Virus record (IMG/VR): IMGVR_UViG_3300011115_000874
Coordinates: 64,001-128,000 of that record
Source: a virus
DNA length: 64,000 bases
Reading direction: 5' to 3' (one strand)
Within the stretch, counting starts at the first letter, position 1, and each line of letters begins with the position of its first letter. Both the position numbers and the translations under genes were made by a program. The notes under the pieces are model-generated. The model ran no database searches. It saw only the letters and a list, made by a program, of their open reading frames with translations, and had not been told where the DNA came from. Below are positions 46,791 through 55,393 of this stretch, one piece after another.

Positions 46791-47589
46791 TATTATGATT
46801 ATTTAAAATTGTTTTTACATGTTCTACTACTGTTTCCCAACTTACTGGGCCTGTCTCATCAGCATATTCAACTGGATCTGGTTTGCCTAGTTTCATAAAT
46901 GCTTCAACTCGTTCTACAGATGATGCTGATTTATAATCGCTGTACCAGTTAAGAAAGTAATAAATTGGTTTATATGATGTATTAGTGCGCTTATACACTT
47001 CATTAAAGTTTAAACCAAGTTTATTTACACATTTATCTCCATCTTCTAAAATACCAAACTTATCAGTATTAAGATAAGGAGTATAATGATATACTTTTTC
47101 AGCACCCCAGTTACCTGCTTTAAATGCTTCAAAATCAGCATCTCTAAATTCTTGACGACAGTCAGGATAAATAGCATGATCACCAGCATGAATACCCATT
47201 GCGATAGCACATTCAGTATCTTTTTGTTCAGCAATTGATAATGCGACTGCTTGAATAATAGAACTAAATATTTTATTACGATTTGGAACTACTGTTGCTT
47301 TCATATTTTCTTCAGCATAATGTCCTTCAGGTACTTCTTCACCTCCAGTTACTAAAGCTGAGTTTAGTAGTTGTGATAATCCATCTAATTTAATTACTTG
47401 ATGTTTTACATTTTGTCCTTTTTGATTTATGTATGATACTAAATCTTTAGCACGCTCTAATTCTACATTATGTTTTTGTTCATAATCGAATGATAGTGCT
47501 GTAACTTCATAGCCATTGGCAAGTAGATGAAGCAATAGTGTGGAGCTATCCATTCCTCCACTTAGTGATAACACTGCTTGTTTCTTCAT
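46777..47589 (-). CDS. queC: 7-cyano-7-deazaguanine (preQ0) synthase
   Basis: SGGMDS, VPNRN, YPDCR; start corrected to MKKQAV. Confidence 0.95.
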   Translation of the reverse strand: MKKQAVLSLSGGMDSSTLLLHLLANGYEVTALSFDYEQKHNVELERAKDLVSYINQKGQNVKHQVIKLDGLSQLLNSALVTGGEEVPEGHYAEENMKATVVPNRNKIFSSIIQAVALSIAEQKDTECAIAMGIHAGDHAIYPDCRQEFRDADFEAFKAGNWGAEKVYHYTPYLNTDKFGILEDGDKCVNKLGLNFNEVYKRTNTSYKPIYYFLNWYSDYKSASSVERVEAFMKLGKPDPVEYADETGPVSWETVVEHVKTILNNHNNANI

Positions 47590-47590
47590 T

Positions 47591-47854
47591 TTAACAATAT
47601 TTTTTATATAAATTTTCAATAATTTCTATTTCTTCATTACTCATTGAGTAAAACTTTGAAGATAATCCAATTAATTTATCATGGAATTGAGATTCCAATA
47701 ATGATGTAGTTGGTGGGATATCATAACCTTCTAATTTGGTTGTTATGGTTGTATATCCATCATCTTCTAGCCATTCGGCCATTTTTTGTTTTTCATAAGA
47801 ACCCATGTTATCATAAACATCATCTAAATCTACGTCAATACTAATCCAACTCAT
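47591..47854 (-). CDS. Acidic hypothetical protein
   Basis: ORF track. Confidence 0.7.
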   Translation of the reverse strand: MSWISIDVDLDDVYDNMGSYEKQKMAEWLEDDGYTTITTKLEGYDIPPTTSLLESQFHDKLIGLSSKFYSMSNEEIEIIENLYKKYC

Positions 47855-47859
47855 AACTT

Positions 47860-48666
47860 TTATTTTACTATTTTATCTAAACGATTAATTTTTCTAAATT
47901 TATTTACATTGTAATGTAAAGCATACCAGTTAATATCTTCAGGAGCGCGATTCATAACATGGTCAATTTTAGTAATTGGTTTTTCATCTAAACCATGTTC
48001 CTTATACATTTTATCTTCCATTGCAGCCATAATTGGATTTGAAGTATCTATACTTTCAATGAATGGGTAATTCTGGTGGAATAAAAACTCTTGAGGAGCA
48101 GCACATCCAAGTAAGTGAACTCTATCACTAGATTGAATAACATCGTTATTATACAACTTACCTATAACGTTTACTCGACCCATTGCAGTAGAAATTGCTG
48201 GTAGTGGGTGTATGAAATGGTTTTTATAATAACCCGCACCATATGAAAATGCTATTTTCTTATAACCTAATGCTTTGTATTTTAAATAACATTCAGCTGC
48301 TTCATCAATGTTAGTTGCTTGAACTACTGCTACTTTAGTAGTATAGTGAGGTAATTTAATTTTAGCCCATTCAACAGCATTATCAATAGATGCTTGCATA
48401 TCTTGCCATACATCAGGTACTATAAATTCATTTGGTTCAAAATAATTAACCCAATGTAATAGACGTTCTGTTTCATAGGCATGACCTAATTCATGTAAAC
48501 TATTATCCATGATAATATAACGACCATCTTTCTTTGCTTGATCAAAATACTTAAAGTATTCATACTCACTATCTAGTAAGTGAGGCAAACAATAATCATA
48601 ATCATTGAATGTTTGGGAAATGTTTAGTACTGCTAATGGTACTTCATGTGAGACTTTTACTTTCAT
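47860..48666 (-). CDS. TGT/DpdA-fold protein (7-deazaguanine insertion or transfer)
   Basis: IIMDNS, VPD, VAVVQ, VHLLG, SIDTS motifs of the TGT TIM barrel; heads the que cluster. Confidence 0.75.
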   Translation of the reverse strand: MKVKVSHEVPLAVLNISQTFNDYDYCLPHLLDSEYEYFKYFDQAKKDGRYIIMDNSLHELGHAYETERLLHWVNYFEPNEFIVPDVWQDMQASIDNAVEWAKIKLPHYTTKVAVVQATNIDEAAECYLKYKALGYKKIAFSYGAGYYKNHFIHPLPAISTAMGRVNVIGKLYNNDVIQSSDRVHLLGCAAPQEFLFHQNYPFIESIDTSNPIMAAMEDKMYKEHGLDEKPITKIDHVMNRAPEDINWYALHYNVNKFRKINRLDKIVK

Positions 48667-48717
48667 AACTTATTATTTAATATAAATATATCTTATTATA
48701 TAGCCAAACTACCTTTC

Positions 48718-49239
48718 TTAATAAGGTAGATCATTTTCTGGTGTATTCTTTAGAAATGTTTTGTACTGGTTGATCAACTCTTCAGTAGTACCTTCAGCAT
48801 GTTCATAAATGAATGTATGTACTTGTTCTTTAGTACCACCAATCCAATGTCTTAGACTGTATTTTAGACTCTCCATTCGTTCTCGTTCATCACGTTCAAA
48901 ATCTTTTCTTAGATTCTCAATACGTCTATTATACATTTTAATAGCATTACGTTCGTGTTCTTGTTTTACTTCAAAACCTTTATCACTGTTACGTATTTCT
49001 GCTATTTCTTCAGCCATCCACCAATACTCATAATTGATATACTTGGCATATGGTGAGTATTCAAAGTCACCATTTTTCATTTTTTCATCAATACGAGCTT
49101 TAGCTCCTAATGGCTTATGAATTGGGTAACGTCTATGCCAATAAAATACATTAAACTTAGCTAGTTTAGCTGGTTTAGGTGGTGCTTCAATGCCAAATAT
49201 AGGATTGAATTCTTTTAAAACTTGTTCTACTGTAACCAT
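48718..49239 (-). CDS. Hypothetical protein
   Basis: ORF track. Confidence 0.7.
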   Translation of the reverse strand: MVTVEQVLKEFNPIFGIEAPPKPAKLAKFNVFYWHRRYPIHKPLGAKARIDEKMKNGDFEYSPYAKYINYEYWWMAEEIAEIRNSDKGFEVKQEHERNAIKMYNRRIENLRKDFERDERERMESLKYSLRHWIGGTKEQVHTFIYEHAEGTTEELINQYKTFLKNTPENDLPY

Positions 49240-49532
49240 TATTTTTCTATTAATTCACCCGCAAATACTTCTTCTAATAATTCCTCAATGTCAGGTAAGT
49301 CAGTTAACTCTCTAAAACGTTCAGCATCAAAATTAGGCTCTAATAATTGACCTTGATATTGAACTGTTCTAGCATTGGTTATTTCTTCTAAAGTAACACC
49401 AATACCGTGAGGGAATTTGTCTACAGTCCTAATTGTGTAATATTTTCCTTTGATAGGACGATTAGGTACAGTTTCTATTGTCTTTTGTTTCCATGTATCA
49501 TTGATACATTCTACTAGTGCTCCTACTTTCAT
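49239..49532 (-). CDS. Hypothetical protein (SH3-like)
   Basis: MKVGALVECI...F...RF pattern; promoter at 49537-49568. Confidence 0.7.
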   Translation of the reverse strand: MKVGALVECINDTWKQKTIETVPNRPIKGKYYTIRTVDKFPHGIGVTLEEITNARTVQYQGQLLEPNFDAERFRELTDLPDIEELLEEVFAGELIEK

Positions 49533-49536
49533 ATCT

Positions 49537-49568
49537 TAAATATAACAAAGAATGGCCCGAAGGCCAAA
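49537..49568 (-). promoter_or_regulatory. Early promoter with GGCC-TTCG-GGCC hairpin
   Basis: Identical to 7911-7942 over the motif. Confidence 0.8.
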
Positions 49569-49594
49569 CTTTAAATGTGATATGTTTTTAAATC

Positions 49595-50110
49595 TTAAAG
49601 ATTTAATCTATTAAATTTCTTTGCTTTGTCAGCTATACTTTGAAGCATTTTAGTTTCACGAGTATCTTCTCCACCTTCCCATTGGTCTGATAGTTTTACT
49701 ATTTTATCCATCATTTGTTTATTGGGAACTTCATAAAATGTATAATAATCGTTTATATCATCTTTAAATATATCTTTAAACTTTTGTGTGAAATCATTTT
49801 TATCTGAGGCTTCTATCCCATGGAAATTACCTAACTCATCAGATTGGCCTTTAAAATTAACAATTATAAAGTATTTGTTTTTACCTTCTGTTTCATTTAT
49901 TGGATTTTCGTCTTTTGGATTTTCATCTTCAGGATATATTATATCCATAACAGCTTGTACATCAATATTAACTCCTAGTTGTTGTATTGCTTTAAGAGTA
50001 TCCATAATGCCGTTTTGGTAAGCAGATGGAGTTTGTTCTTTACCTGGGTAATCAAATCCAAGTTCATTTAACTCTTCTTTGATGATTTGTTTTAGTTGTG
50101 ATAGTTTCAT
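49595..50110 (-). CDS. Late protein with MKLSQLKQIIKEE leader
   Basis: First 40 nt are 38/40 identical to the start of ORF 50114-50470. Confidence 0.7.
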   Translation of the reverse strand: MKLSQLKQIIKEELNELGFDYPGKEQTPSAYQNGIMDTLKAIQQLGVNIDVQAVMDIIYPEDENPKDENPINETEGKNKYFIIVNFKGQSDELGNFHGIEASDKNDFTQKFKDIFKDDINDYYTFYEVPNKQMMDKIVKLSDQWEGGEDTRETKMLQSIADKAKKFNRLNL

Positions 50111-50113
50111 AAT

Positions 50114-50470
50114 TTATATTTCTTCAACGTGTGATATGTTAAAAAATGTTTTACCTTCATTAGTAATAAAGTTAACTCGAAATGGCTTATCCATTGGAGC
50201 CCTTCTCTCATCAGCTGCTTCAATTACTACTTGATCTACAACACCACTACCTTGTTTAAGTCTAGCATCTCCTTTCCATGTAGAAAATTCTAAATTTTTA
50301 CCTTTATACTCATTAGTATATTGTTTAGAAAGTTTAGCGTAAACACTAGGCATTATTCTTTCTACATCTACAGATATGTTGTATGTTACATCATTCCATT
50401 GAGCGTTACTTTCTTCAACAGTTTTGTTAAACTCTTCTTTAATGAGTTGTTTTAGTTGTGATAGTTTCAT
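50114..50470 (-). CDS. Late protein with MKLSQLKQLIKEE leader
   Basis: Late motif 50487-50494. Confidence 0.7.
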   Translation of the reverse strand: MKLSQLKQLIKEEFNKTVEESNAQWNDVTYNISVDVERIMPSVYAKLSKQYTNEYKGKNLEFSTWKGDARLKQGSGVVDQVVIEAADERRAPMDKPFRVNFITNEGKTFFNISHVEEI

Positions 50471-50496
50471 TTTAAAAATAGTTTATTATAAATATA

Positions 50497-52221
50497 TTAT
50501 CCCTCACAACTGATGCATTCTGATAAACGCTGTAGGTTATCTCCTCTTAATACTGACTCAGTGCGTAAGTAGTATAATGTTTTAATACCTAACTTATGAG
50601 CTTCTTTATGTACTTGGCTAATCCACTTAGGAGTATCATTTGGGTCAAAGCATAAATTTAATGAGATAGCTTGATCTACATATTCTTGTCTAACACCATT
50701 TTGTCTTACAATTTCTAATTGGTTGATTTCTTTAAATGTTAAGAATACTTCCTTTTCCTCATCAGTTAAAATATAAGAAGGAACATTAATAACTGAGCCT
50801 TGGTCTTTTAGAATTTGTTCCCAAACACTATCAATGTTATATCCTTTAGTTTCAAGTAATTCCTCTAATATTTTATTACGCTTAATGAATACACCTTTTG
50901 CTGTTTTCAAATTATAAACATTAGCAGGAATAGGTTCGATTGAAGGTGATACACCTCCTGAAATATGAGCATTAGATACTGTAGGTGCGATTGCTAAGTG
51001 ATGAGTATGTCTCATACCTGTACCTTTACACCATTCTGGTTCACCATATAATTCTGCTTGGTCGTGAGATGCTTTTAAAGCGCCTTTCTCAATAAAGTCA
51101 GATATCATTCTTGTATAAGCAGTTGCTTGAATACCTACAAATGGTAAGTTCTTTGATTGTAAAAATGTATGCCATCCTAAAACACCAATTCCAATTGCTC
51201 TACCTTTAGTAGCAGAACGAACTGTATTTTCCATAAACTTAACATTCTTAGCTCTATCAATGAATTCTTGTAATACACCTTCTAAGAACCAACAAGTCAA
51301 TTCAGGTAATGTCATTCCATTTTCAAATGTGTATTCTTTCCATTCATCCCAACGAGCCAAGTTTAAAGATGATAAACAACAAATAAATGAGTGTAATTCG
51401 TCTGTGTATAATGAAATTTCAGAACAAATGTTAGTCATTGACACATGTAAGTTATTTTTCTTATATGCTTCAGGATTTGAATTATTAACATTATCTTCAA
51501 ACATGATATAAGGTTCACCTGTTTCAAGACGTGTTTTTAATATTTCACCCCACAACTTCATCGCTCTAGGCTCTTTGTTGTCTAGGTCAGTCATAAACTG
51601 ATCATCAATAACAACACATTGGTGTAAATTTAAACATTGACGATTAACATCACCTTTTGGTCTACGAATTTGTAAAAATTCTTCAACATCAGGGTGATTA
51701 ATGTTTAAGTTAACTGATGCTGCTCCTCTACGAACTGAACCTTGGTTAGTAGCTAAAATAGTTGAATCATAGATTTTAGCCCATGGAACAATACCTTCAG
51801 ACACACCATTGTCTTTAATTGCTTTACCTCGGCCTCTAATGCGAGATAAACCAATACCTACTCCTCCGCCTTGAGATGATAATCTCATTAATTCAGAGTT
51901 AGCATCTGCAATGCCTTCAATACTATCTCCAACATCGATACCAAAGCATGAAATTGGCATTCCACGTTCTGTACCTAAGTTTGATAATACTGGTGATGCT
52001 AAGCATAACCAATTCTTAACTATTGCCTCGTAAAAGAATGGTTGTAAATCTTTACGCTTTAATCTACGTGATGCAGATTTAGTTACTCTCTTGTATGCAT
52101 CAAACACATCTTCATCAGGTAGTAAATAACCTTTTGAAATCATACTAACTGCAATCTCATCCATCCAACTAGGATAGTTTTTTCCTTTAATCCACCCGTC
52201 TGTGTCTACTTGTATACTCAT
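50497..52221 (-). CDS. nrdA: Ribonucleotide reductase class I alpha subunit (no ATP cone)
   Basis: ISCF, GGGVG, NQGSVRRGA, TNICSE, APT, TLYYLR, C-terminal CISCEG. Confidence 0.96.
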   Translation of the reverse strand: MSIQVDTDGWIKGKNYPSWMDEIAVSMISKGYLLPDEDVFDAYKRVTKSASRRLKRKDLQPFFYEAIVKNWLCLASPVLSNLGTERGMPISCFGIDVGDSIEGIADANSELMRLSSQGGGVGIGLSRIRGRGKAIKDNGVSEGIVPWAKIYDSTILATNQGSVRRGAASVNLNINHPDVEEFLQIRRPKGDVNRQCLNLHQCVVIDDQFMTDLDNKEPRAMKLWGEILKTRLETGEPYIMFEDNVNNSNPEAYKKNNLHVSMTNICSEISLYTDELHSFICCLSSLNLARWDEWKEYTFENGMTLPELTCWFLEGVLQEFIDRAKNVKFMENTVRSATKGRAIGIGVLGWHTFLQSKNLPFVGIQATAYTRMISDFIEKGALKASHDQAELYGEPEWCKGTGMRHTHHLAIAPTVSNAHISGGVSPSIEPIPANVYNLKTAKGVFIKRNKILEELLETKGYNIDSVWEQILKDQGSVINVPSYILTDEEKEVFLTFKEINQLEIVRQNGVRQEYVDQAISLNLCFDPNDTPKWISQVHKEAHKLGIKTLYYLRTESVLRGDNLQRLSECISCEG

Positions 52222-52231
52222 TTTTTGTTTT

Positions 52232-53182
52232 TTATAAATCGTCCCAATCTGCTGTTGACTTTGAGTAGCTAGTTACTCTTCCTGCAAAGAAATCTTGATG
52301 TGTTTTACCACTTGTTAAATGACCAAACCACTCAATTTGTTTTAATAAATTTGGATCAATGTCATTATAAATTGCTTTATAACCTAATTCTATCATTTTC
52401 TCATTAGCGCGTGCTTTAATGAAGTTTTTTAGTTGATTAACATTTAATCCATCAACATCTCCCATTTCAAATGCTTTATCAATGAAATCAAATTCTAATT
52501 GTACTGCTATTTGACATGCTTCTATTACAGCGTCTCTTAATCTATCATTATCTAATTCAGGTTGTTCATTAAGTAATGTTCTAAATAACCAACATCCTGC
52601 TTTAGAATGTAATGATTCATCTCTAACACTCCATTCAACAATCTGACCTGTTCCCTTCATTAAGTTTCTTAATTGGAAACTCATTAATATAGCAAACGAA
52701 CTAAACAAATTTACTCCTTCAGTGAACGCTGAAAATATAGCTAATGATAATGCTCTTTCCTCTAATGTTTCACCTGGTGTTTCAATTAAACACTCAATTT
52801 TTGCTTTTGATGTTTCGTCTTCTAAGAACGCTTGAAAATCATCTAAACCTAATTCTTCATTTAAGCGAGCGTATGCTTCAGCATGAATTGATTCAAAATC
52901 AGCAAACACACGAGCCATTGCTTGTATTTCAGGTTTTGGAAACCATACTGATACTTTTGTCGACCAGTAATCGTTTACGTGAACCTCTGTTTGAGCGAAT
53001 GACTTTAATATGTTTCCAATTAAATTCTTCTCAGATTCTGTTAATTTGCCTTTCCAGTCACCTAAATCAGATGCTAGTGGAACTTCGTCTGCTAACCAAT
53101 GTGAGCGATGTTGATCTTTATAAAAATCAAACGCTTGTTGGTACTCAAACGGCTTGTAAAAATTTCTTATTTCAGTAATCAT
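52232..53182 (-). CDS. nrdB: Ribonucleotide reductase class I beta subunit
   Basis: FESIHAEAY, EGVNLFSSF, RDESLH, DFF; start corrected to MITEIRN. Confidence 0.96.
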   Translation of the reverse strand: MITEIRNFYKPFEYQQAFDFYKDQHRSHWLADEVPLASDLGDWKGKLTESEKNLIGNILKSFAQTEVHVNDYWSTKVSVWFPKPEIQAMARVFADFESIHAEAYARLNEELGLDDFQAFLEDETSKAKIECLIETPGETLEERALSLAIFSAFTEGVNLFSSFAILMSFQLRNLMKGTGQIVEWSVRDESLHSKAGCWLFRTLLNEQPELDNDRLRDAVIEACQIAVQLEFDFIDKAFEMGDVDGLNVNQLKNFIKARANEKMIELGYKAIYNDIDPNLLKQIEWFGHLTSGKTHQDFFAGRVTSYSKSTADWDDL

Positions 53183-53198
53183 ATATTTTAATATAACA

Positions 53199-54563
53199 TC
53201 AAGATTGTAGTTCAAAAAATTTCTTTTGAAGAATGTCTCGATCTAGGCTATTTATTTCACTAAAACTGTTCACAGGTTTAGATGGTGTATATGATTCTTC
53301 ATTCTCATCATAGTCATTAAATATTTCAAAACGACCTGTTGATGTATCAATTTTGGCTCCAAATGTCATACCATCACCTCCATATCTGTTTTTCATAATG
53401 TGAAATCTACCTGTTCCCGCTACTTTGTCTTCTTTCTTACGTGAGAGAGAAATAGCCACATCTGTAATCATGACTTTGTCATAGCTACCTGCGGCTTTAT
53501 CACCTTCAATAACGTCGTCTTTAGCTCCTGCTCTATTAACTTGAGATACACTCCAAATAGGTAACTTCAATTCACGAGCAAGACCTTTAGTACTAAGATA
53601 AATATCATCAATTTCATCCTTACGTTCACGATTGTTTCTTTTTGATCGAAGTAAGTCTACATAATCAATAAGAATCAGATCTGGTTTGAAATCTAAGTCA
53701 ATACACTTTTGAATATGTGATTCTATTGTAGAAATAGATGCCTTACCAGGTGAATATTCTTTAATAACTAAGTTACCTGGTAACTCAAGTATTTCTTTTT
53801 CAACTTGGTCTTTAAAATTCATAATATTATTTACAGGTATTCCTGTTAAACAAGCATCATATCGTCTTCCAACATAATTTTCACCTAACTCTAAAGTATA
53901 GTGCACTACATTAAAACCTAATTGAACAGCATGTGCTCCTAAGGCAATCAATGTCCATGATTTACCTCCTCCAGGATTACCAAATATCAATCCAAAGTCA
54001 CCTTCACCTAAGCCACCTTGTAATAGATCATTAAATAAAAACCAAGGTGTAGGAATTGGATTTCTGTCTTCTTCTCTATATCGAGACTCAACATCTTTAC
54101 TATATTCTAATCCTAAATTCTTATCACCACCAGCTTTTAAAGCGTTATCAACTAAGTTTCTAATTGAATCATAATCACCAGCATTTAATAAATCTACTGA
54201 TGTTAATAATGCTTTTTTTAATTGTTGGTTTTTGCAGAAGTTAGAAAACTCTTCCTCTACATAAGCTAAATCATCGTCTGATGCTTTATATGCTTCTTTT
54301 AATTGTTCTTTAATTGATAATTGTAAAACTTCATTATCAATTTTCTTAACTTGTACTTTCAAGACTTCCATACTTGGTGTAGTATGGTATTTGTCATAGT
54401 ACTTTAAGATTTCGCTTATAATCCATTTATGTGCTGTGTTACTAAAGTAATCATCACTAATTATATCATGGATATTAATTAGAAGTTCTTTATGTGTTAA
54501 TAAACACGATATTATTTTAGTTTGAAAATGAGTACCGTATGCCTCTAGGGTTGATAATGTCAC
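53199..54563 (-). CDS. Replicative DnaB-like helicase (T4 gp41-like)
   Basis: GNPGGGKS, YTLEL, IDYVDLL, SQVNR, KNRYG. Confidence 0.92.
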   Translation of the reverse strand: MTLSTLEAYGTHFQTKIISCLLTHKELLINIHDIISDDYFSNTAHKWIISEILKYYDKYHTTPSMEVLKVQVKKIDNEVLQLSIKEQLKEAYKASDDDLAYVEEEFSNFCKNQQLKKALLTSVDLLNAGDYDSIRNLVDNALKAGGDKNLGLEYSKDVESRYREEDRNPIPTPWFLFNDLLQGGLGEGDFGLIFGNPGGGKSWTLIALGAHAVQLGFNVVHYTLELGENYVGRRYDACLTGIPVNNIMNFKDQVEKEILELPGNLVIKEYSPGKASISTIESHIQKCIDLDFKPDLILIDYVDLLRSKRNNRERKDEIDDIYLSTKGLARELKLPIWSVSQVNRAGAKDDVIEGDKAAGSYDKVMITDVAISLSRKKEDKVAGTGRFHIMKNRYGGDGMTFGAKIDTSTGRFEIFNDYDENEESYTPSKPVNSFSEINSLDRDILQKKFFELQS

Positions 54564-54586
54564 AACTTTTATTTTTAAATTAATAA

Positions 54587-55204
54587 TTAATCTTTATACC
54601 TCCAGATAAATTTACCTGCAGTTTTTGTTTTTTGTTGGCAGCATAAACTTATACTACCATAATGTATTCCTAATTGTCGATATGCTTCTCTTCCACTTAC
54701 CCATTCTTTAATTAAATTATTTTCTAAATCAAATTGAAGGATAGGTTTATTGTTAAAATTTTTAACTTTAGCTTTTCCTTTAGTTTTATCTCCAAAACCT
54801 TTAGGTTTAGGTTTACCTTTTAAACTTTTACTAATCTTATCTCCCCATGTTATTTTCCTTCCCTTATTTGATGGTTTAGATTTACCTGTAATTTTGTTTA
54901 TAAATGATAGTCTGATGGTTTCATATATGCGGCTACTAAGTTTAAATTCGTCTAAACTTTTTGGTTTCTGTTTTCCAATAGCCATTAACCATAAAGCATA
55001 TAATAATTTATCATTATTAGGATAGATTTCACAAAGTAATCTATGGCATATAAAATGTTCTCGCGCTGTTAACTCAACTAAATTAGTTTTATCATTTGAA
55101 CCACCCATACATTTAGGTACAATATGATGTTTTTCTTTATAACCATCTAACTGTCTTGTTTTAGTTCGTTCTACAATTTGATTGTATATTTTTTGATAAT
55201 TCAT
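54587..55204 (-). CDS. HNH homing endonuclease with NUMOD motifs
   Basis: MNYQKIY, EKHHIVPKCMGGSN...NLVELTAREH; late motif 55217-55224. Confidence 0.88.
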   Translation of the reverse strand: MNYQKIYNQIVERTKTRQLDGYKEKHHIVPKCMGGSNDKTNLVELTAREHFICHRLLCEIYPNNDKLLYALWLMAIGKQKPKSLDEFKLSSRIYETIRLSFINKITGKSKPSNKGRKITWGDKISKSLKGKPKPKGFGDKTKGKAKVKNFNNKPILQFDLENNLIKEWVSGREAYRQLGIHYGSISLCCQQKTKTAGKFIWRYKD

Positions 55205-55243
55205 CTTATATTTTATTATAAATATAAGCAATATTATCAAAAA

Positions 55244-55384
55244 TTATTTTTCTAATTGACTAATAACATCTTGAATACTTTCCATCCATGCTCTTACTAA
55301 ACTCCTATTACAGTTAAATATAGACATGTCAGCATCCCAAATTTCTTTTGGAACTTCTACTTTAATAATCCTTCTATTTTCCAT
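55244..55384 (-). CDS. Small hypothetical protein (46 aa)
   Basis: Read manually: MENRRIIKVEV... Confidence 0.5.
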   Translation of the reverse strand: MENRRIIKVEVPKEIWDADMSIFNCNRSLVRAWMESIQDVISQLEK

Positions 55385-55393
55385 AACTTTTAT

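Noticed and set aside
43628-48666. Que genes as simple tRNA queuosine auxiliary metabolism
   Set aside because: No queF or queA here, the TGT-fold protein is short and lacks the tRNA-TGT Zn-binding motif, and the cluster abuts DNA polymerase; DNA modification is more plausible, though unproven.
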